DNA from: Haliotis rufescens
Taxonomy: Eukaryota
Direction: 5' to 3'
Length of the DNA: 64,000 nucleotides
NCBI RefSeq assembly: GCF_023055435.1
Contig: NW_025963902.1
Location: forward strand, 3,968,001-4,032,000
The notes beneath the pieces are model-generated. The model was not told where the DNA came from. It searched no databases and worked only from the letters and a program-made list of their open reading frames with translations. Numbering within the stretch: the first letter of the stretch is position 1; each line of letters starts with the position of its first letter. The translations under genes and the position numbers were made by a program. Positions 26,072 to 39,824 of this stretch are shown piece by piece.

Positions 26072-29000
26072 ATGGCCACAGAAAAGTCTGTCATGTAAGT
26101 TTTTTGTGAAGATCATAGTTTTCTGAATTATTTCTCAGAACTACCTTTTGTACAAGTTTGTGCTTATTGACAAAGTATTTGCGTTATTACCTCTTTAAGG
26201 CACTCCTTGTGCATAGACGGGATTCGTTCTCCAACACGACCGCTGGGTCATTGTGATCTGTATCAACATGGGCTTATTTCACAGGCTTCTTCACTGTTAT
26301 TGCAAGGCCTGTGTACAGAAGGACAAACTTTGCCGGGACACGTCAGGCCCGGCCTCATGCTAACATGTGTTTATGTTCTGACACTCCATTGACGACGCCA
26401 CATATCGCGCCAGGACGCCTGGCAGTTAGGTTACAATGTTGTCAGCTACAAAATAAGAACGTTGTTGAGGTACTCACATCGACTTTCCCCAACAAGCGAC
26501 AATATAATCATGTCTTTAAAATGGGAATGACAACAAAATGTAATATCTTTTATGATTTGATTGTTTGTAGATCAGTTACATTGTTTCACGTCGACAATAG
26601 TTGACGTAAGGATACATATACAAGAATGATCTTTGATACTCAATAAGTGTGTTTGGTCTAACGCCACCTTGAACGATGTTTCAGTTATATCACCTTGATA
26701 TGGGTTTCTGGCACAGGGGGGACGGGACTCAAATACTGGCAGCTTCGATTTTAGTGTGTTTTTTCTTCACAATAAATAGACATTGGCAGGTAGGTTTTGA
26801 GGTAGGTAGGTACATTGGTGGTAGGTATGTAGGCATGTAGAAAAGTCGATTGGTGTTTTGACGGATGGATGGATACATAAACAGATATGGATAAGTATGT
26901 TACCTACGGGACGGGACGAAATTATCGGCGGCCTCAATTTTAGTGATTTGTCTGCATGATATATCTGTTATTGACAGGTTGGTAGCAGGGTAGTGAGGTA
27001 GCTTTGTGGGTAGGTAGACAGGTAGGTAGGTAGGTTGATGGATGGATGGGTATATAGATAAGGATGTTATCTAGCACAGTAAATACATATCTTGACCATG
27101 AACGGTGTTTTCCAGGGTTCCCGACACTAGAGTGCTGCTCGATCTGAAAAATTCGAAAGGACACGGGTTCTACTGTTTCAAGTATGATGAACTCTACCTC
27201 TATGCGCTGCGTCCATCCATGTTGAAGGGGAGTAACAATAAAGACAAAATCAAAAGTATCAAAGAAGCTGAACTAAAGGATGATGACATCATTATCTGTG
27301 CGTATCCCAAATGTGGTAGGTACACGGTATGCCCCGCAATGAGTGAATGAATATTATTTAACGCCGCAGCCCTCACAATTCCAGCTGCATCACAGCCACA
27401 CCAGAAATCTAAATAAATGTAAAAAACCCTTTCGATATTGATAAGAAATATCTGCTAAAAGGAGAATCGAGTATACGATTCCGCCTATACAATGAGCATA
27501 TGTTTATGAAGGACTATTTATAGTGATGACACCAGGTGTTCGCGGAAAGGTCAGCGTATCCTGCCCCCCGGTGGCACCCGTCACAAACACATGCAAAGGC
27601 AAGTCAGTTGTTCACCTAAAAAAAACTGGGAAGATATGGAAGTCATCTGGTAGTGAATCGTTATGCATAGATCTAAGTATGAAACAGCTGAAACCTCTGA
27701 CTGAGAGCAACACGCCATCAGGGTAAGATGAAAATCACACCAAGCCTTACCACCCTATCCCCATTTCAGACGGGCCTTAATTACAACTAGCATGATGTAC
27801 TGAGGACTTTTCCTACCCCGAGCTCAAGTAACACTGGATTCATTCGAGACGTCCCTAGAGACGTCCCTAGCGTTGGTTTAACGCTGCTTTGACTTGCATC
27901 TCAGTGATATCACAGGGTGTCAGCTGAATGGCGGAGCAATGCCCGATTTAACGCCAGTGATAGACGTTTACAATCCCAATCCCCCACACACCCATACACG
28001 CAGATATTTCCTTTAGATCACCTGGATGGGACAAGGGAGATCTAATGTTTTCCAAATCCATCAAGCTGAATGTTCCTAGACATGTTATATGTTGTGAACA
28101 CACAATGCCATTTAAAAAGTGGTCAAATGTAGCAAGTGATATTTTTGTAGAATACAGATTCGAGAACCTTTTTGGGTGGTTGAGTCCCATCCGGGATTCG
28201 AACCCACACTGCCATTTGCGATTAGGTGCCTCACTCTGTGGGGTCGAATCCCGGATGGGACTAGAACCCCCAAAAGTACTAGTATCTCTACTCAACTAAG
28301 CAAGTGTTATCCCAAATATATAACATTTGTTACGTCATCTGTTACATAGAAAACCTTTCATATTTTGATACAACTAAAAAAATGATGTTCCAATTGAAGT
28401 TACATTTTGTTTAGAAAGATTGAGTGTAAATTACTGTTTTAGGAACCCATTGGCTGTGGGAAGTCATCGAGATGGTAAAGAGTGGGACCATCCAGTACCA
28501 GAAGGATGTGAAAGAGACCCGGATGATGGAATTCATCTTCAAAGATGGAATAGAAGCAGTGGCGCCTCCACGGGTCTTCAACACCCACCTCCCTCTGCGC
28601 ATGCTCCCTACACAGGTCGTGGAGAGGAAGGTCAAGTGTATTCAGATCATGCGCAACCCTAAAGATGCCTGTGTGTCCTTTTTCAACCACTGCAGAGATA
28701 TGGAGAAACCGTATGGCTATGATGGAGACTTCGCGGAGTTTACAGAAGCGTTTTTGTCAGGGAAAAGTAAGTACAGCGAGTGGTTGATCACAGTCAATAC
28801 TTCACGGTCCTATGTACACAACATCCCTCCATCAACTTTGAATACATATTGCCACTTTGTGGAGTAGTCGCTGTGTTAAACCAACGAATCAGGCAAAGGC
28901 CTGGCTCCAATATGAGGGAAGCCAACGAGTGTTCCCACCAATGACTTCTCAGATAATATCGCACAAACGGTAATGTTTCTCGCTTGGCAACGTCTGCAAC

Positions 29001-32000
29001 ACGTGCCATAGCCTTGTGGTCATCTGGCCGCCTCCTCGGTCTAGATGATAGAGCGTCTGACCATAGAGCAGGAGGTAGGTGGTTCGATCCCCAGGCGGGT
29101 TATGTCAAAAGACCTTAAGAGTTAGTACTTGTTGTTACCCTCCCCAGCGCTCGTCATTAAGGAGATAAGACAAGTACTGATAGGCTCGGAGTAAGTAAAC
29201 TGTGTCTAAGTGCGATATCCATGTTCAACTGCGGCATTATTTCTCAGTGTGCTCTAAGTACAGTCACACACACATGCGCTTGCACGTTGCCATATAACTG
29301 CAATAATCTCGAACGCGACGGGGTCCAATTCTGGTCATCTGCTCTACCTCAATGCTTCAATGTGAGGCAGGGTTCGCACAGTGTCTATGCACGGAGAATA
29401 TACATATGCTCGTCATGCAAAGGGCCCAGATTCTATTCCCAACATGCCGTGATATGCTAAAAATTGCGAAAAGCAGGGGTCCGACTGTACCATAGGTGAT
29501 AGTGGCATACAACTCCAGCTGCCTTCATATCCTGATTATAGGAACCACTGATGCCACTTTAACGGTCATCTTGTATACGACTCCGCACAGTGAAACCATG
29601 ATTACCAGAACATCACCATAATGAGTTATCGTTTCAGTTAAGTTAATGTAACTATATTCTTCCTTTCCAACCTTTGACGGGACTTTTGTCTGTTTGCAAA
29701 CACTGGTGTCATCAATATTTTATAGTGACTGACTGACTGAGTATGGTTTTACGACGCTTTTAGCAATATTCCAGTAATATCACGGTGGGGGACACCAGAA
29801 ATGGGCTTCGCACAGTTTACCCACGTCGGGAATCGAACCCGGGTCTTCGGCGTGACGAGCGAACGTTTTAACAACGAGGCCACCCGGTCGCCCCTATTTT
29901 GTAGTGATTCATAAAGACATGCTTTTGAAAGAGTCGCAATCGTGGAACGGATTCTCATTTTAGCTGAGATTTCTTATGATTAAGGAAAGGCTGTTTGTCG
30001 CTTTCGATTTATATCAGCACAACGAACTACTTATAACTCGATAGTGTTTGATGACCTTCCATGGCCTTTTATCATGACCTACAACAACGCCAGTGCGACG
30101 ACGTTAAACGAGGGCAATGGATCCTGTGCTTCTTGCAACGCTCATGACCTTGTTCCCTTCCTGAGGCAGGGTCGAACTCGTATTCACAAACATGTCGATG
30201 TCCAGCCCATAAGGGGTCACGACATACAATGCGATCTTAGCAGAACGACTATCGCTAGTCTGGGTTAAGATATGGGAGATATAGACAGGAACTTGACGTT
30301 ATTGTCAACGGTTTCGTTTATACGGCATATTGTTTCAAGTTTATCTTCATTCATTTTCAGTGCCGTTTGGATCCTATTCCACCTATCTTCTAGCGTGGAA
30401 AGCTGAAGTGGCAGCTTCGCCAGAATTACCTGTCCTTAATTTGTTTTATGAGGACATGAAATTTGTGAGTATTGAACAACAGAAGGCTTTTTCTATAAGC
30501 TTCAGACCTATATGGATAGCATTGATGACCAAATAACCTATAGAATTAACCTTCATACACATTTAAGGTTACCATGTTGTTCCAAGTCCTGTCCCGTTAA
30601 TATAATAGTATTTTGAGTGAAGCCCTGTTTAGAGATCCGGGCTAGAATTGGTCTTGGTCTTCACCAACGCATGCTCATCGCACAGAATTGCACGAATGAA
30701 CGGAACTATAATCATTTCAACCTTGGCGAGGCCCCTAAAAATTGTAATACCACTACTTCCAGGACCCTGTCAAGACTGTTAAAGACATCGCCAAGTTTCT
30801 AAGTCTGACGAGTACAGACCAGTTCTGTGAAGAGGTTGCGCTTGCTTGTTCCTTTAAGAAGATGAAAACAGTTGACGAGGAAATGAAAGTTGAACTTCCC
30901 ATAAAGCTATGGAAAGATGGCACCAAAGGGACGTTCTACAGGAAAGGTACAACACGTCCCACTTAAATTCTGGAAACCCCGGACAACAGATCAATTAGCA
31001 TTCCAAAAGGCATTCTCAGCTCCCTGTGAGGTATACAACCTAATTTTGCCTGTACGTCAGATCCTTGGATCCAAGACAAAACTTATCATCAAGCGTTCCT
31101 GGTGTGGATTCGTGCACATTTTTAATTGCCTAAGGCTAATTTCACAATGGTGGTGACTCGTGGTCCTTGTTGTATTTAGTGCACAGGTCATAAATAAGTT
31201 AAGCAACGCTGACTGGGCTGAGCATATTGTTGGGTGACCACAGTCGGCAAGAGCTTCGGCCCTGTCCCACAATGAAACACAGGCCATTTAATCTGTAGTG
31301 TCTCATGTGACGACATGGGCCTTCCGAGTAAACAGGGTCGGTGGTGAAACCTGTGCAGCAGACAATGACTGGATAATTGGCCATATCAATACAATAGATC
31401 CATAATGAAGGACTCGAGACATTAAATATAAAAATATAGGAGTTAATGTGGTTTCAAATACTGTCATCCACTTGAGTTGACTTGACATTAATTAAGATTT
31501 AACTTTTTTGTTTACGTTTATGAACATATAAACGCAAAGTGTGCACACAAGAAAACATATTGCAGTTAATTCTTATAAATTAATGCGTCAACAATGATAA
31601 CTTCACAGAACTATTTATGTAATCATGAACATAAAAGAAATCTGTTGACAGCAAAAAGAATTCATCGACATCGTTCAGCGCAATAATACAAGCAACCCGC
31701 ACCCTTTCGACATGAACAAATCAAGGGGAAAAAGTCCATTCGTGGGTGTGGCCTAATTCTTTCCGGTTTGAGTAAACAAAACATAAAACAATTGCTTGGT
31801 TAGGCAATTAATTGTCACGGAACCCCCAGCATTATATGTATTTAACAATAATTGCCCGTATTGTATCCATAGTTTAGGTCATTGAATTTAGCTGATACAG
31901 CATGAGTAAAATGCCATTGAGTGTAAATGTCAACGTTAGAACGCTGGAATATCCGCTGCATTTACACATTGTTTAGGAGAGGTACAAACTGTAGTTTTAC

Positions 32001-33018
32001 CTCGGAAATGGCACCAACATAGCACGTCAAATCTATGAAATACTGTTACGACATTCTCGACCATTGAAAAAGAGCTCAATGTGCAAAAAGTTCGAGATCG
32101 CAAGAACACAAGATTTTAACTTCTTGCGTTCTTGGGATCTGGCATAGCGTGTTTTGTACTACAATGTGACATTTAGACACGAAGAAAAAGCTGGACTTGT
32201 CAAATCAGGACACAAAACACGAAATGACCTGAAAATATGATTCTTGCGTTTTAGACGCTGTCCGCGTGGATGCGTCATACCATGTGGTCAACGCGCATGC
32301 TCTCCTTATTATCCCGATGAGAATAGTACTCTCTCGAACTTATTCTCCCTTGTGGTGGCAGTGGTAATGGTAGTGGTGGTGGTGGTAGTAGTGGTAGTGG
32401 TCCATTTATACTGCGCCAGATTCCATTCACCCATTCGCTACATAGGTTTAGCAAGTATTGCTAATGAAAGGGGAGTAGAGTTGATAGCGTTGTCTGAAAA
32501 GGTGTGTTTTCAGATGAGCCTTAAATGATGAAAGCGATAGCGACAGCTTGAGATCAGATGGAAGTTTGTTCCATAGCGAGAAGCGCAGAACTGGAAAGAT
32601 CTCTGACCAAAGATTTTGAGACGGGTTTCCGGAACTTGTAACAGGTGGTAGAAGTAGTAGTAGTAGTAGTGGTGGTGATGGTGGTGGTGGTGGTGGTGTT
32701 ATTTTCAACACCCGTAAATCAAATGTTTCAGTATTATTGTCATCATGGTATACTCATGCATTATCAAGATTTTTGTGTTACAGATTTCACTAACGTGCAG
32801 TGTATTTGTAGTCTATTAATATGCTTCCATAATCCGGCTCATTGACAGATGTATGGATGTTTAAAGTACGCTGACTTTGATACATTCGTTTCTCTGTTTC
32901 AGGTGAGATCGGGGACTGGAAGAATTGGTTCACTGTGGCAGAAAACGAGAAATTTGATCAAATATGGAACGAGCAGATGAAGGATTCTGGGTTCGAGTTT
33001 ACCTATGCACCGGTGTGA
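26072..33018 (+). CDS. Cytosolic sulfotransferase (SULT1-like), cluster gene 2, 6 exons, 316 aa
   Basis: Exons 26072-26094, 27116-27315, 28443-28766, 30361-30464, 30763-30946 and 32903-33018 are GT-AG and give a 951-nt open frame starting MATEKSVM. All SULT motifs are intact. Confidence 0.92.
27440..27690 (-). mobile_element. Penelope-like 3' fragment
   Basis: 27522-27600 is a close reverse complement of 10681-10760; YLDLC codons lie nearby. Confidence 0.6.
28150..28292. repeat. Fold-back element with tRNA-like B boxes in both arms
   Basis: AGTCCCATCCGGGATTCGAACCCAC ... GTGGGGTCGAATCCCGGATGGGACT. Confidence 0.7.
29027..29320 (+). mobile_element. SINE family A (old; equivalent position in intron 3 of genes 1-3)
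   Basis: Similar to 47798-48158; same flank as the copies at 7650 and 43471. Confidence 0.7.
29725..29895 (-). mobile_element. Short tRNA-derived SINE family B
   Basis: Reverse complement of 43721-43880; GGTTCGATTCC B box and (AGTC/ACTC)n tail. Confidence 0.8.
32400..32645 (-). mobile_element. 5'-truncated L2/CR1-type LINE tail within (GTG/GTA)n
   Basis: Minus-strand LWNKLPSDLKLSLSLSSFKAHLKTHLF is typical of the L2/CR1-group ORF2 C-terminus. Confidence 0.7.
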
Positions 33019-33238
33019 GGTCATACCAAATACATGGGTTTCATGTGAACCGGTATCTAGTGAATGTATGATACTCAAGAAGCTGAGTGTACAGTGACAA
33101 TTTGCTTCATAAAACACTTCGCAGAAGTACAGAGGATTATCCGCGGATATTTACAAACGTAATTGTCCCAACATTTACCGCCCTCCTAATCCAACATTAT
33201 AGCATTTCAGGACGACTTATATATCCAAGGGAAGATGC

Positions 33239-33556
33239 CAGGACATATTTTATCTTTATTCCCTGTCCTGGCTTAAGAGTTGATATAGTTAGACTTTATA
33301 TGTTGTGTACATGTGCAGGACATATTTTATCTTTATTCGCTGTCCTGGCTTAGAGTTGATATAGTTAGACTTTATATGTTGTGTACATGTGCAGGACATA
33401 TTTTATCTTTATTCCCTGTCCTGGCTTAGAGTTGTTACAGTTAGACTTTATATGTTGTGTACATATGCAGGACATATTTTATCTTTATTCCCTGTCCCGG
33501 CTTAGAGGTGATATAGTTAGACTTTATATGTTGTGTACATGTGCAGGACATATTTT
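33239..33556. repeat. ~76-bp tandem repeat downstream of the gene 2 stop (4+ copies; 2 copies after gene 3)
   Basis: Unit CAGGACATATTTTATCTTTATTCCCTGTCCTGGCTTAGAGTTGATATAGTTAGACTTTATATGTTGTGTACATGTG; also at 45952-46100. Confidence 0.9.
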
Positions 33557-34377
33557 CACATTCAGAACCGCTTAGCCAATACATGGCATTTAACAGCAGG
33601 TATGTTCCAGTTAGTTTACTTCACGTTGGTAATATCCGGAGTATAGTTTATCCAATAAGTGGATTGTGAATAAAAATAATTGCAAGTGATTTGGTGGCGT
33701 TTGATTGGTTACTGTAACACAATTCTTTGTTAGGTCATGCCCACTAATGGACCACTGTTTCCTGATTGGCCGGTAACAGAATGGGCGGAGCTTGTGTTGA
33801 ATTATTGCGCTGAACGATGTCACTGATTTCGTATTGTTGTCTATGGTGTTTGTGTGTTTATGAATATATGTGTAGTTATTATTGTTGACGTGTTTTTTAT
33901 GATAATTGACGTCAATATCTTTTTGCGTTTATGGAGTTATAAACATACAAACCGGTGTTCACACATACAGGGTCGCTTATCCGATAAAAGGAATCAAACA
34001 TTCAGTGTATCTTCCTGTTCCGGGCACAAGACATTGCCAAAGCTGCCATAAATATCATACGGACAAAAAGACAACTGCCAACACTAAACTGTTCAACTCA
34101 AGCAATGGTAATATAGGTATAAATATATACAAGCAAGGTATTTTCCGACTTTACTGTATCAGTCTGGTGTATAAAAAACCCGCATAACTGGTTATTTAGT
34201 CTTGATGTGGCAGAATAAATTTAAACACTATGATAGTGTGAGCAGAAATATAAGGACTCCCTTGTAAATTAGTATTAGCCTGAAGTTAGAAGCGGGTTCG
34301 TCTTGCGTTATTCATTTTTCGAAATAAAAAGCCAGCCATCAGTAGAATCGTTATTCACAGGCTGTATCTAAGTTCAT

Positions 34378-34655
34378 GGGTGAGTGAGGTGGGTTAAACG
34401 CCAATTTGAACAGTATTCCAGTTATATCACGGCATGTCAGATTAATGTGGGATGAAAGCCCGAAGTGATGCAGGTCTTGGACGTTTGCCACTTTGGTGAA
34501 ACCCACGACCACGGGTATTGTGTTGACAAACCTGGATACATAATCGGGATGAACTGGGATTCGAACCCGCGATCATAGATATCTGGCGTGCCCGGGGGAC
34601 GCAACTCTGCACAGCAAATTTCGGCGCCTTAGACGACTGGGCCACCTATGCACCC
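34378..34655 (-). mobile_element. tRNA-derived SINE family D
   Basis: Close match to 39545-39824. Confidence 0.8.
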
Positions 34656-35699
34656 GGCTGCATATCAAACAACTACATTCATTTGGTCAAATACACTGAA
34701 AGTGTTTAGTTGTGCAGTACTTTTGAATAACGAAACAATGACCAGCACCGGGTTCGTTAGTCAGTTGTTGAAATATAGACTTCTACTTGATAGAATTGTT
34801 GGACATGAACTGAATACCCAGCTAGGTGCTGGGTATTATTTCGTTATTCGAAAGTCCTGAATAACTAAGCAGCTTTGGGACGATAATACACCAGCTGCTG
34901 TCCGACGAACACTATTACATGAATTTCAGTGTATTTGTTGACACTACTGTAACGTCATTAAGTGACATTTAGAAGTTAGTATTGTGGACAAGGGAGATAC
35001 TTCTATGAATAGACACATCCTTTATTACAACAATTACGACGTTCCTGTGTTGCTTGATAACATGCCAGTATCACATTCATTGTTATGCAGAAGTTGTGTT
35101 GTGTGTGCAGGGGATGGACTGAAGTGCAGTATGAATATCAACCATTGTGTTCCGTTAACTGTTGTATGGACGTGTTATTGTATATAGCGTCTGTGTAGGT
35201 AATTAGGTGATTACGATTCATGAAAGTAATGAAAGAGTGAGCTTCACCAGACCACACTGTCAAAGGCTGATTGACACATGTAAATCTAATTGTATAAATT
35301 AAGGGACCAACTATTTATTATTCTTGCTGTTTGATATGGGCAGGATATTTTTTCGGTCACTGTTTCAGAACAATAACAGTCCTATTTCAGGGCATACCCA
35401 GTATCAAGTAATATCTTTCTTTGTCAAATTGAGGCAGTACTATACTTCACAATAAATATACACAAAGAAAAATGTGAGCGCACCCCCATTTCTGAAAAAT
35501 GACAAATGGCAAAAATCATGGCATGGGATGACTGACCACAGGAGCTGGGCGATACCAATGTCGTCTGATGGAACGAACATTTGACAACAAATGAAGATAC
35601 TGGTGAGTTGTTATTGAAATTTACTGACAAAAACATCATGGTAACACAGGTACTGTTTTTGACCTTAGACAATACCTAAGATAAGTATGGAGCTGCAGG

Positions 35700-36690
35700 A
35701 TTAAGAAAACGAGTTACGTTTTATTTTGTCATGTGACAATGTTCCTTTAAGTCTCCACTTGACATGACACGTGAAATTGATCAGTAGCAGGTATAACCGC
35801 CACGTGCCCGGATGACGCATTCCATTATTCGTCTTATGCCTCCAGTCAGACGTTGGATCTGTTGATGGCTCAACAACAACCACTCCCGATGCAATGCTGC
35901 TTCCAATTGCATCCTGTACAGGAGGATCTCGTGCCAGTATGCGCCGCCCCAGAATATCCCAAACATGTTCAAGGGGGTTCAAATCTGGGTTCATTGCTGG
36001 CCAGAGTAGAGTCATTGCATTGGCCCTCATGTAATCCACGACTGCATGCGAACGATAAGGTAGCATGAGGGTTGTTGTCAAAATGAGGAACGACGGCTGG
36101 CCCGAAAACGTCACTGATGTACTGCGCGGTGACCAAATCCAATCTCCAATCATGAGAGATAACCCCCCCCCCCCCCCCCCCCCCAACCAAACCATTACCG
36201 AGCCCCCTCCGTATGCATTAGCCAGTTTGATGTTCATGAGGGTGTAGGCCGGTTTTTTTCTTCCATCAGTGACGTGGAGCAGAAAGCGACTTTCGTCTGA
36301 CCAAGGGATCCGTCTCCAAGTTCTCAGATTCCAGTTCTGTCGCGCAATACACCATGCTAAACGAGCAGTTTTGTGGTGTTCTCTCAACAAGGGACGCTTT
36401 ATGACTCATCTAGCCTTCAGTCCTGCTGCTTTCATCCGGTTCCTGACGGTTCTAGTGCTGAAAAGACGATTGGGCAACCACAGCTGTTTCAACCGAGTAC
36501 TTGTTAAAAAGGGTTCTCGGCGTATGAGACGAAGAAGGTCCCTGTCTTCGCGATGTGTCGTCACAGGATGTCTTCCAGATCTGGGACGGTCCTGTACATC
36601 ACCGGTCTGAGCGTGTTTCTCGACTAAACGGCTTCAGAAAGTGTGATGATACCCCAAATTCCGACCAATGGCATTACAGGACATTCCTGC
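35700..36690 (-). mobile_element. Decayed Tc1 (DD34E) transposon
   Basis: WSDESRF, GGGSVMVW and WPAMNPDLNPLEHVWDILGRR motifs with frameshifts. Confidence 0.88.
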
Positions 36691-37376
36691 GTTATGCGAG
36701 TGAGTGAGTATGGCCTTAGCCACTTCTAGCAATATTCCAACAATAGCACGGCGGGGGACACCAGAAATGGGCTTCATGAAGGGTGCAGGGAAACGTTAAA
36801 GCAATAACAGGATAATGATTTTCAGCCTTCGGTCATACACGGTCATACATTCTGTACAAACGATCTTATACTTTAGTATAGACGCACTTTCACTGTTTGC
36901 TCACATCCTGGATCATTTGTCAGCATATAAATGCAAAGTCTGAGAAAAACTGGAGACTTTTTCTAAAGTCATTCTAAGCCTAATTTGCTGATTAGCCTAC
37001 AATCAACTGTCAAGTTCTTTAAAAACCTGTCTGAGCTAACTTCATTAGTTGAGTGCTGTACCTTCAAAATTAACCAATCAAACACCAAAGAGATGGCAAG
37101 AGCACATATTAAGAAGCATGATCACTTTTACTATGACAGTTAGCATGCGGAAGACACAATTGGGCATTCAACTGATTTTGGGGTGATATTGTACATATGT
37201 GCCGAGGCGGGCATTCTGAATGCATGAAAATATGAAGTATAATTAGTGGCAGAAACATTTCAATAATCATAAGACTTTTCAACTAAAAGCAAAGTCCATT
37301 GTACGATTCAGACTATATCACAAGTATGTGCTTATGAATCACTATGACATTTACGATTTACAATGAAGTTTACTGT

Positions 37377-38007
37377 GTGTAAAGCAGGAAATTAATGCGA
37401 GCAGAATATTAATGCGAAAAATGCGAGTGACGGAAGGTCAACAGGACAACAGGAGTGTGAGGATTGTCACCTGATCGAAGATTTGATACACTGATCTGTT
37501 TTCTACTTCTTTACATCAAAGGGCCGAACGTATATACTAGTACCAACAGACTGTCAACTAAAACAACACTAACAGAATGATAGCTGCAAGGAAACCATTC
37601 TCACGCTTGGCCATCAAACATACGGGCAATTAGCTTAAATAATATTAAAATAAGAAAGGAATCTCACACTGAAAAAACATGGACAGGGGATTTAATGTGC
37701 ACAGTTATTTTATTTATCTCTGTCTACTAATCTCACACTGAAAAAACATGGACAGGGGATTTAATGTGCACAGTTATTTTATTTATCTCTGTCTACTCAC
37801 AGTTCCTGCTCAAAACGTCATTTGAAACAAACGAAGCGTTTTCAGGTAAGGCGTAGGTTACATTAATTAAAATAACACAGAACATAAATCCAGCGCATAA
37901 ATTTTTAGGAAAGGGTATGGGCACTCGCTTTTTTAAAATGCGCATTTATGTCTAAAATCAAGAGCTCGCATTATTTTCATGTCGCATTAAATTCCTGTTT
38001 TACAGTA
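37377..38007. mobile_element. MITE with GTAAA(G/A)CAGGAA TIRs
   Basis: Left TGTAAAGCAGGAAATTAATGCGA and right TCGCATTAAATTCCTGTTTTACAGTA; internal 69-bp tandem duplication. Confidence 0.65.
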
Positions 38008-38749
38008 TAATAAATGGCAGAAACATTTCAATAATCAAAGTCCATTGTACGATTCAGACTATTTCACAAGTATGTGCTTATGAATCACTATGACATTTAC
38101 GATTTACAATGAAGTTTACTGTGTACGTTTGCTGGCATGTAGATAATACTATAGGAATATTATAATTGATGTATCTTAGTTTTTAAGAAAAAAAATAGAA
38201 AATCGGAGCTAACAGGCTGATGGATGACAAAAGCTCACTTTGACTGCAGAAACTTGATTTTGTGCAAGGATATAAAGGGAGAAGTATGTGTGTTCATTAA
38301 ATTCGTATTAACAGACTTGTAGATCGGTGTATGGCCTAAAATGTCCTAAAATTAATATTTAGATATGGACAACTTAATGTATCTGAAAGTATATATGAAA
38401 TTACACCTTTAGCAAAAATTGCTTCCAGTATGCGTCATTGATGCTATGGTTTTCAGGAAATACTAAACTATTTTTTCCTATTTCTATTATTTCTTCATTA
38501 ATACATTGATGTTGCTACATTTCACATGCTTTTACATACAGCATATAATATAGAAGATATTGTTTTTGTCAAGTGACATTTTTATCTCGTGACCTAAGAC
38601 CACTGACACTTTCTTGGGATAAAACAAGCATGTCACGTGATTGAACTGAACTGAACTTTATTTTACACTCAGGCCGCTATCAGCGGCATAAAATGTATAC
38701 AATCATTTCAGCAACATATACATGTACATACATAAATATGGATAAAATA

Positions 38750-39040
38750 TCCGTGGTCTAGCAGAGAGAAGAGGGTCGAGAGTTCGATCCCCGGCCGCGT
38801 CATACCAAAAGACGTTAAAAGATGGTACTTGTTGTTACCCTGCCTGGCGCTCGGCATTAAGGGATAAAAGGACTGGACGGCTTGGAGTCGATATACTGTG
38901 TCTGAGTGGGGTATTCGTGTTTAACGGCATGGTATCTCAGTGGGCTAGCACTATTTAATTGGCATTAGTCCGGACCAGCACAAGCAGCCACACACACAAA
39001 CACACAAGGGCATGCATGTCGCTATATAAGTGCTTATAAT
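38750..39040 (+). mobile_element. SINE family A just upstream of the exon 1A TATA box
   Basis: Matches 47798-48158. Confidence 0.8.
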
Positions 39041-39067
39041 TCACAGCACCATATCTGACCCATAAGC

Positions 39068-39075
39068 TATAAATA
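39068..39075 (+). promoter_or_regulatory. TATA box before exon 1A of gene 3
   Basis: TATAAATA 42 nt upstream of the ATG, positionally conserved with gene 1. Confidence 0.6.
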
Positions 39076-39109
39076 CATTACCGTATGAACAAGGCCAAAG
39101 ACATTCAAT

Positions 39110-39144
39110 ATGGCCTCAGATCCAAATGATGAAAAGCCTGTGAT
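39110..39144 (+). CDS. Alternative first coding exon (1A) of gene 3, MASDPNDEKPV
   Basis: Homologous to gene 1 exon 1: 35 nt, intact GTAAGT donor and phase 2, so it is compatible with exon 2 at 41964. TATAAATA lies at 39068-39075. Confidence 0.65.
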
Positions 39145-39544
39145 GTAAGTCTTTTCTTAATTATTTTCTCAGTACTAGTTCTTGTACAAAGTTGTGTCTA
39201 TTTGAAAGTAGGTATTTGCATGGTTACCATATTTAGTTACTTCTTGTACACGGGCGGTTCTCGCTTCCAAACACGTGCGCTGGGTCACTGTGATCGGATT
39301 CTTGTCAACACAAGCTCATTTCAAATGATACTCACTCCTTTACTTAGGCATCGTTCTGCAAACGCACAGCTCTACGTCACCCACTCACTCGCACTCGCTG
39401 GCCGACCATGCCCAGAAGAAAAAAAATGGGTCGGCCTCATGCTGGCATGCGTTTATGTTCTGACAATTTGACATTCCATTGACGACGCCACATATAGTGC
39501 TAATACGCCTGGCAATTAGGTTACATTGTATGAGCTACATAAGA

Positions 39545-39824
39545 GTGAGTGAGTGAGTTTGGTTGAACGCCGCTTTTAACGGTATTCCAGTTATATCGCG
39601 GCGTGTCAGCTTAATGTGGGAGGAAAGCCCGTAGTGATGCAGGTCTCAGACGTTTACCACTTCGGTGAAACCCACGAGCACGGGTATGGTGCTGACAAAC
39701 CTAGAAACATAATCGGGGCGAACCGGGATTCGAACCCACAATCATAGGTTTCTGGCGTGGCCAGGGGACGCAACTCTGCACAGCGAATCGCGGCGCCTTA
39801 GACGACTGGGCCACCCGTGCCCCC
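39545..39824 (-). mobile_element. Full-length SINE family D
   Basis: 12-bp TSD AGCTACATAAGA (39533-39544 and 39825-39836), tRNA-like A/B boxes and (ACTC)n tail. Confidence 0.88.
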
